Program-made: the position numbers and the translations under genes | NCBI RefSeq assembly: GCF_003704095.1 | Contig: NW_020843420.1 | Location: 62,001 to 126,000, forward strand | Length of the DNA: 64,000 nucleotides | Origin: Pocillopora damicornis | Lineage: Eukaryota | Direction of reading: 5' to 3' | The notes under the pieces: generated by a model | The model's input: the letters and a program-made list of their open reading frames with translations, nothing else | The model's database searches: none | What the model was told of the DNA's origin: nothing | In this document: positions 57,821 through 64,000 of the stretch, piece by piece | Position numbering within the stretch: the stretch's first letter is position 1 | Layout of the letters: each line of letters begins with the position of its first letter

Positions 57821-59026
57821 CAAGCAATCAGAAGAGACTGTGATCAGTTGAGATCATTCTCAACTTTACAACTTGATCCAATTTCTTAATAAAAGAGTTA
57901 TTCTCTTCAAAGGACAATCGATGTTTAATAAATCAAAAGCCGTAATGGACGAAATCCATATTTACAAATTCAACCACGACAGACATAGATTCTCACAGTA
58001 AACTCATAACCAGTCTCTGGAGACGTCGCTCACTTGCGAGCAGTCTTGGATGTCTATAGACACAGCAGCCACTGCTAAATGAATAGCCGCTAGATTTTAT
58101 CTTCAACGGGACTATCACTTCAAAAATGTTTCTTGTGTTTTATACAGCACCCAAAAAAATTTGGTCTCGAAATACAGATTATTGGGAGAGTAAAGATAGC
58201 ATTCAAAATTTTTCAAAAAAACACATTTTAATTTAATTAGCTAGTGAGATTAATACACTGTACGCTGTACGTCTTAAGTTATCTAAATAGTAGATACAAG
58301 ATTAGTTCTTAGGTAATGTATATGGATTGTAGAATATGGTAAGTTAAATCGAAATATTTCAACCTTATACAGTCTGTACTGATAAGAGCTTTGGACAACC
58401 TCGGGCAAATTATTTAAAGAATAGTATTTTAAAAGACATGTATTGGACAATAAATATATAATTGAAAAAAAATTAAAGTTAATGAAGAAATTAGAGGCTT
58501 GATGAATAGAAGTTTTGAAGGTCGACTTTTAAATAAAACGCACAGCATAAAACTCGAGAAAATGGCACAGTATGTTAGAGCTGGCGAGTTGAAGGTGGGA
58601 ACAGAGAGCAAATCTTGAATGTAAAATAAGGTTATAGGTGCTGTCCAAAACAGGCCCAGTTTCGGTGAAATGTTGGACTAAAAACAGGAATTAGCTCCAT
58701 TTCTTATCGACTCGTGATAGATTTTAACGTTGTCGACCTCACAACCGCTTCACTGGCAAAAACGCATTGTTGAATATCTCCACGAAGTATTAAGGCCTTT
58801 TTAAAGTTTTTGATGTAATTTCTTTTTTGCTAGAAGTGAAATCAAACATGATTTAAAGTGTAGTTCATCACGCATCAACAGAACTCGTGGTTCGCAGACT
58901 AAAGCCATGATTATTCCCTAAATTTTGGCAGTTCTCGTAATTTGAGTCGCGAAATCTCGAGTGTCTTTTCCATGAACATTCCTTACTTTTCTGATGACCA
59001 AATTACTTGGGATCGAGGCCGTTGCG

Positions 59027-62000
59027 TCACACGTCTGCCGTTATAAGTGAAGTTTGTCTTAAGTTCAGCTTTCTTCTGTTACCACCGCTGGTCAACATGT
59101 TCGACTGAACGATCTCTTTGAATCGGGAACAAGGCGAAGTCCTTTGTCTTTCAGTCCACCAGTCAGCGGCTACTTCCAGTTCTTGTTGCAAATCTTTGAC
59201 ATATGAGGCGGGCGAAACTTTTATGTGGTACGAAAACTAAACAAGAAGAGAAAACTCGAGATAAATACTTCCTTTAACCTGGTCATTCCAACGTAAAAGA
59301 ATCGTTGGAGCCAATAATAGTCGACTACCCTGATAAAATAACACGGTCAAAAAATCGAAACTGGAACCAGCAATTAAAAATTTCATTGTCTTCAACTCTT
59401 TATTACCAAATACTTTCATGGTGCCAGTTAACAGTGCCGTCGCTTCAATGATAGAAAATCAGGCCTCGGTTGTTCAAAGGTTGATTAACTCTAACAACTG
59501 AACAAATCTCTATTCACTGGATAGCGCAGTACGTTTACTATCACTTATCTGCTGGATAGTGATTTATACGTAGGATAGTGTTATCCACCCTTTATACAAC
59601 TGGACCCAGGAAATGACCTTAAGCACTTCCTCAACACTTCCCGGTATCGATTACTAAAGAAAAAACTACCACGTGCTTAGTGAAGCTGAGTCATTCTGTG
59701 AACATACTTCTTTCTGAGAGAACTTCAATTGCAGCACACAATGTTCTTGTTTGTTTACTGTGGCCTGATCCAAGCGCAGCACAAGTAAAGGGGCGTCCTC
59801 CTGAAGAAGAACGCAAGTGTGATTGGCTAATCACTTACTGAAGTAATCGTCTAGTTTCAAGACATTCCTACAAGAAAAGAAAATCTCTGCTCCGGAGTTC
59901 AATGACACCTACCTCCTCGCGATCGAACACAAACAAAAAATTATCCTTCAGTAGGAAAATTTGTGGAGCTGTTTCTCGTAAATACCAACCTCCTTCCTGG
60001 CAAACTGCAAGATGAGAGGTTCGTCAACAAAACAAAATCACATAGTAATAAGATAAAACTAACTAGGCAATGGAAATGATTGGACCATGGTAGAAGCTGA
60101 AAATTACAAGTTGAAGAGAGGGTAATATTACAAGAGAGACAGTTCAAATAAAACTCAAAGAAGGGAAGAGATGAGAATAAGGAACAGAATAACTTGGACA
60201 ACAAGGCACATTCTCCACGTCAAAGGGGACAGTGAACACGATGTAGCGATGATCCTAAAGCTACTTGAGACTACAGTGGAGAGTACTCAATTATTGATTT
60301 AAATACAATATCAAATCACTTACATTTTGTCACTTTGCTTTTGCCGTTTCTGCTTTGTAGAGATGTCGTGTCCAAGTTCTGATGAAAAAAGTTTTAGAAA
60401 ATAAGTCTGAAGATGTTCTATTGTAAATATTGTTATAATGACGCTCGAGGTCGATTAGTCAGCGGTATTGGACAGTCAGTCGATGTGTCGTCAAGTCATT
60501 CAGCCAACCAGCAAGTCGGTCCGTCGCTCAGTTGGCCGGTCAGTCTTGTTGTTCTGTCGGTCGGTCTATCTGTCTATCGGCCGGTCGGTCAGTCGGTCCG
60601 TCTGTCTGCCTCTGTCTGTCGGTCGGCCATTCTGTCAGTACGTCGGCTTGTCAGTTGGTCTGTCGGGTAGTTCACCAATTATGATGTGCCTACCCCATAA
60701 AGTTTTTCTGCTAGTCCTTTGTCGGAAATAAAATATTTAAAAAGCTGACGAAGTTGATGGACGTGTCGTTGACGACGATCAATCTGTTGGATAAAAAAAT
60801 ATAGTTAAAAAAACAACTGTGAAGATTTTTATCACTGATAAAGGGAATAGGCTTCATTATTCATTCCATATCAATCGGCAAACACTTAATATCCACACAT
60901 ATCATTTTAAGTATATAAAATAATAATTAAGTTGATGCTAATGTTCTTAATGATTCAAAGTTTCGATGGAGATCGACAAAAACAGACTATGTGACAGAAC
61001 ATAATTTTTTTTACGAAGATATATCTGTAACAGCTTGGCTATTATTTCCACAACAATAACTCAAGAAAATATCCAATATAGAGTTACTTGGGTGAAAAGT
61101 TTTCTTCTTTAACTGCGACTTACAACTTACCTGAGCTTGAAGTCTTTTGAGTTCTGCTTGGCATTTGTCATGTTTCCGTTTTAAGAGCTGGATTTAGAAA
61201 CAAAAGAAAGCAAAACAGTGTCGGTTACAAACTAAAAGGTCGATTACCACTTTTCAGTATCTCAATTTCATCTCAATTCCGTGATATTGGCATTAAAGCA
61301 CAGAAGAAATAAAGTTACTTGTAGTTTGCACAAAATGTTACTTTAAAATATATCCACTTAATTGCGTAATAACGCTCAAACTACTTACGTCTCTCTCATG
61401 CATAATAGCTTCTTTCTGAAGAACTATTTTTGTTTGTTTTCGAGTGGTTGCAGAGATTTTATTCTCTAGTTCGTTAATTTTTTCCTCGTATTCTTTGACC
61501 AGTGCCTAGAGTAAGGAAACATTTACCTATAAGTCATCATCATTATTATGTCAATAAGGTTGCTAAAAGCCAGTTAGGCAACGCGCCAACTACTTACAAA
61601 ATGCAAAGTAAAAATTACAAGCTACAATAATTACGATACAGGGCGCGTCAATTTGACACGCCCTTATTAAACTAGTGAACTCCGTTGATTCCCAAATTCA
61701 GCAAGAGACGTAATACGAGGCACATCAGGGAGGAGCTGATTCCAGTCTCTAGTAGTTCTTGGGAAAAATAAGATTCGAACACTTCTTTCTTACAGTGAGG
61801 TTTAAGAAGCTTGAGCCCATGGTTACTCCTAGAACAGGTCGCATTACTAAAATTTAAATAAACGCTAATCTTAATATCAATTAATCAAGCGAGATCTTTT
61901 TCTCTTTTCTACAGGGGTGCAAAGTTCAAATTTTTTAAGTATGGACATGACCCTTGACGACCAGTTGTATTCGTTTGTACAAAAGCGGGCTCCTGTTCCA

Positions 62001-63818
62001 TGTAATCCCTCTAGCCTGACAATGTCGCATTTGAAAGTGGGTCCTCTCGTGTACTCGAGCCTAGGCCGGACTAAGGTAACATATAACGTCTTTCTGGTGC
62101 TCTCCGTTTAGGACTGGAGAGCAGAGATAGTCGGTTGTGCATATTAATACTGACTGAGGAAAAAACAAATGATGTGTTCAAACCTCTTTTTCTTTCTTCA
62201 AGCTATCAATTGTTATTTCTTGATTCGCTATGGTAGCTTGGGAATCATCCTCTACGGCTTTCGAGTCAGTGAGCTGAATTTGAAGCAGCGAGTTTTCTGC
62301 TTTTAGACGTCGAACAGCCTCATCGACGTCAGTCTGAAAAATCGAAGAAAAACCGCAGAATGAAATGAATGGGGTGTTTTTTTTTTGTCTTTAGTTGGGA
62401 TACTTACCAAATATTTATTTTCATCTTCAAGCCCCAAAGCTCTTCTCTTGAGAATCTCCATTTCTTTGAGGCTTTCCTCCAGTTTCTTACGCACGTCTTT
62501 CAGCTCCCCAGACATCTCTCGTCTCACTTCCATCAAAAGATTTCGCTCTTCTTCGACCAAACGACACCTAAAAGAGACATTCCAACGATTTTCAGAATTT
62601 AACTGAAACACAATGCCATAAACGAATAAAACTTAAAATTCCAACTATGTCCATGTCGCCAGTTGTTGGTAATAATGTAGCCGGTTGGAAGCTAATCACA
62701 ATCTATTACTAATCATAACATGAGAGTAAGACTAAGACACACTTTTCAGGAAAAGTTATCAGTTCAATTCCTGGCAGTACCTGACGTGAGCCGTGTTGAG
62801 TTCCTCTATAAGTCGAGCACTTTCCATATCAGTCGCATGGAACTCAAGTCCTGGCCTACAATGGAATAAGTTCGCCAAAAAAGCAAGGTTTAGCCGTGGA
62901 TTTCCCTGGAAAAAAAAAAAAGAAACCAAATAACGACTAATTTTCACAATGATCATTGTTCCTGATTTTTGTGAGCTGAATGTTCCTTGTTTTTCTGAAT
63001 AATTTTCTCACGATACAAAATCTCGGTTAAGGAGATCAACTGATCCACGTTAAGAAAAAAAACCCGGTATAAATACCTTAACAAGTTCATGTGGCGTTAT
63101 GTATTTATTACATCCTATCAGCTCAGCCATGGATAAGATTTTCTTTGCTCTGACGAACAAGTCTTCTTCATCCAAAGGAGACAAACTGCACCTTTTCACA
63201 ACATATAGATGGTGAGAATCTTCAAGTTATTTATTGACGCGAAATAAAACAATTTCCTATTACGTGATGCCGACTTTTTCACCCTTAGAATCAATATTCC
63301 ATCGGTATACCAATCTATATTGACTTCATTATGTATTCTGTTTATCTTAAGCCTTCTCTTAACATAATATTTCCTGACCAACTGTTGAAAAACTGACTGA
63401 GTGCGCGCACACGACATTTCTTCATAAAGCATAACTTCTTGTTCTCGGTTCATTAACATAACAGCAAATAACTCAGAGTGCAATACCTCTGTGGGGAAAG
63501 CTGAGTGAAAAGGTAACTGTATATCACAGAGTCCTACATAGAACAAACAAAACAGAAACTTAATTAAGTCATTGTAACTGGAAGCAGCGAATGAAAATAA
63601 TAAAAGGTATAAAAACAGTTGGGAAGGGAGAAAAAGGAAAAGTGGATAAAAGAGATAAAAGCCTTTGTAAATTATTCCAAAAAAGGCAGTATTTCGAGTT
63701 AGCCGCAATGTTTTCATTTAAATATTAACATTGTTTTGTGGATGAAGTTATGATCTTATTGATCAATAGGTGGTCACGAACCTTTAAACTGTGGTTGAAG
63801 TCTGTCATCTCTGGACCC
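59027..63818 (-). CDS. Plastin/fimbrin-type CH domain plus coiled coil plus PH-like domain protein (3' part; 5' end lies beyond the window)
   Basis: Exons 63782-63818, 63487-63533, 63077-63191 and 62781-62905 give MTDFNHSLKDSVIYSYLFTQLSPQ...DLFVRAKKILSMAELIGCNKYITPHELVKGNPRLNLAFLANLF, matching plastin CH2. Exons 62408-62567, 62184-62333, 61389-61505 and 61131-61187 are coiled coil. Exons 60324-60378, 59913-59968, 59708-59800 and 59027-59236 give IFLLKDNFLFVFDREEEDAPLLVLRLDQATV...stop. All GT-AG with consistent phases. Confidence 0.85.
59459..59610. mobile_element. ~150 bp MITE-like element with ggatag subrepeats
   Basis: Ends ggcctcggttgttcaaaggttgat / atccaccctttatacaactggaccc are imperfect inverted repeats; internal ggatag units. 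Confidence 0.7.
60450..60670. repeat. Degenerate (GTCN)n tetranucleotide repeat
   Basis: gtca/gtcg/gtct runs, which account for the low-complexity ORFs at 60413-60731. Confidence 0.88.
61640..62120 (-). mobile_element. 5'-truncated, decayed LINE (CR1/L2-superfamily-like) ORF2 3' end in an intron
   Basis: The minus strand translates KTLYVTLVRPRLEY...ARFCTNEYNWSSRVMSILKKFEL and, downstream, FFPRTTRDWNQL. These are typical post-RT C-terminal motifs, here interrupted by frameshifts or stops. Confidence 0.8.
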
Positions 63819-64000
63819 CTGTAAAATGTGTGTCTCAGTTGATAATTGACCCATCTGATCAGTAACTCTTCTGCAGAAAGCTAAACAGTTGAACGCATGT
63901 CAGTTGCCAACGATGTGTTTGCGTTCGGAAAGTTCAGTGCAGTGAAATGCAGTCAATGATTCAAAACATCGGAAGATAGTTCTCAGTACTTAAAGTTTCA

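Noticed and set aside
60413-60731. Ser/Val/Gly/Arg-rich ORFs
   Set aside because: They are translations of a (GTCN)n simple repeat in an intron.
63196-63717. 173-aa hydrophobic ORF as a membrane protein
   Set aside because: It is mostly T-rich intron; the real exon (63487-63533) is read in a different frame.

Overview
AT-rich, intron-dense animal genomic DNA, not prokaryotic. The repeat content and gene structure suggest an anthozoan cnidarian, probably a stony coral (inference). I traced six protein-coding genes by hand through GT-AG splice sites with consistent phases: the 5' part of BCKDHB (minus, runs off the left edge), an intronless TENT5/FAM46 poly(A) polymerase (minus), GDAP2 (minus, 14 coding exons), CFAP47 (minus, about 54 exons over 26 kb), an uncharacterised coiled-coil gene (plus, head-to-head with CFAP47), and the 3' part of a gene joining a plastin/fimbrin-type CH domain to a coiled coil and a PH-like domain (minus, enters from the right edge). 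Introns hold MITE-like elements, tRNA-derived repeats, a LINE remnant, tandem duplications and a nested foldback with a degenerate hammerhead ribozyme motif. The most interesting points are (i) the BCKDHB-TENT5-GDAP2 order, which joins two separate human TENT5 neighbourhoods, (ii) the plastin-CH/coiled-coil/PH-like fusion, (iii) an orphan coiled-coil gene sharing an X-box-like promoter with CFAP47, and (iv) the Penelope-like hammerhead foldback. Most short ORFs in the supplied track are spurious or are exon fragments.
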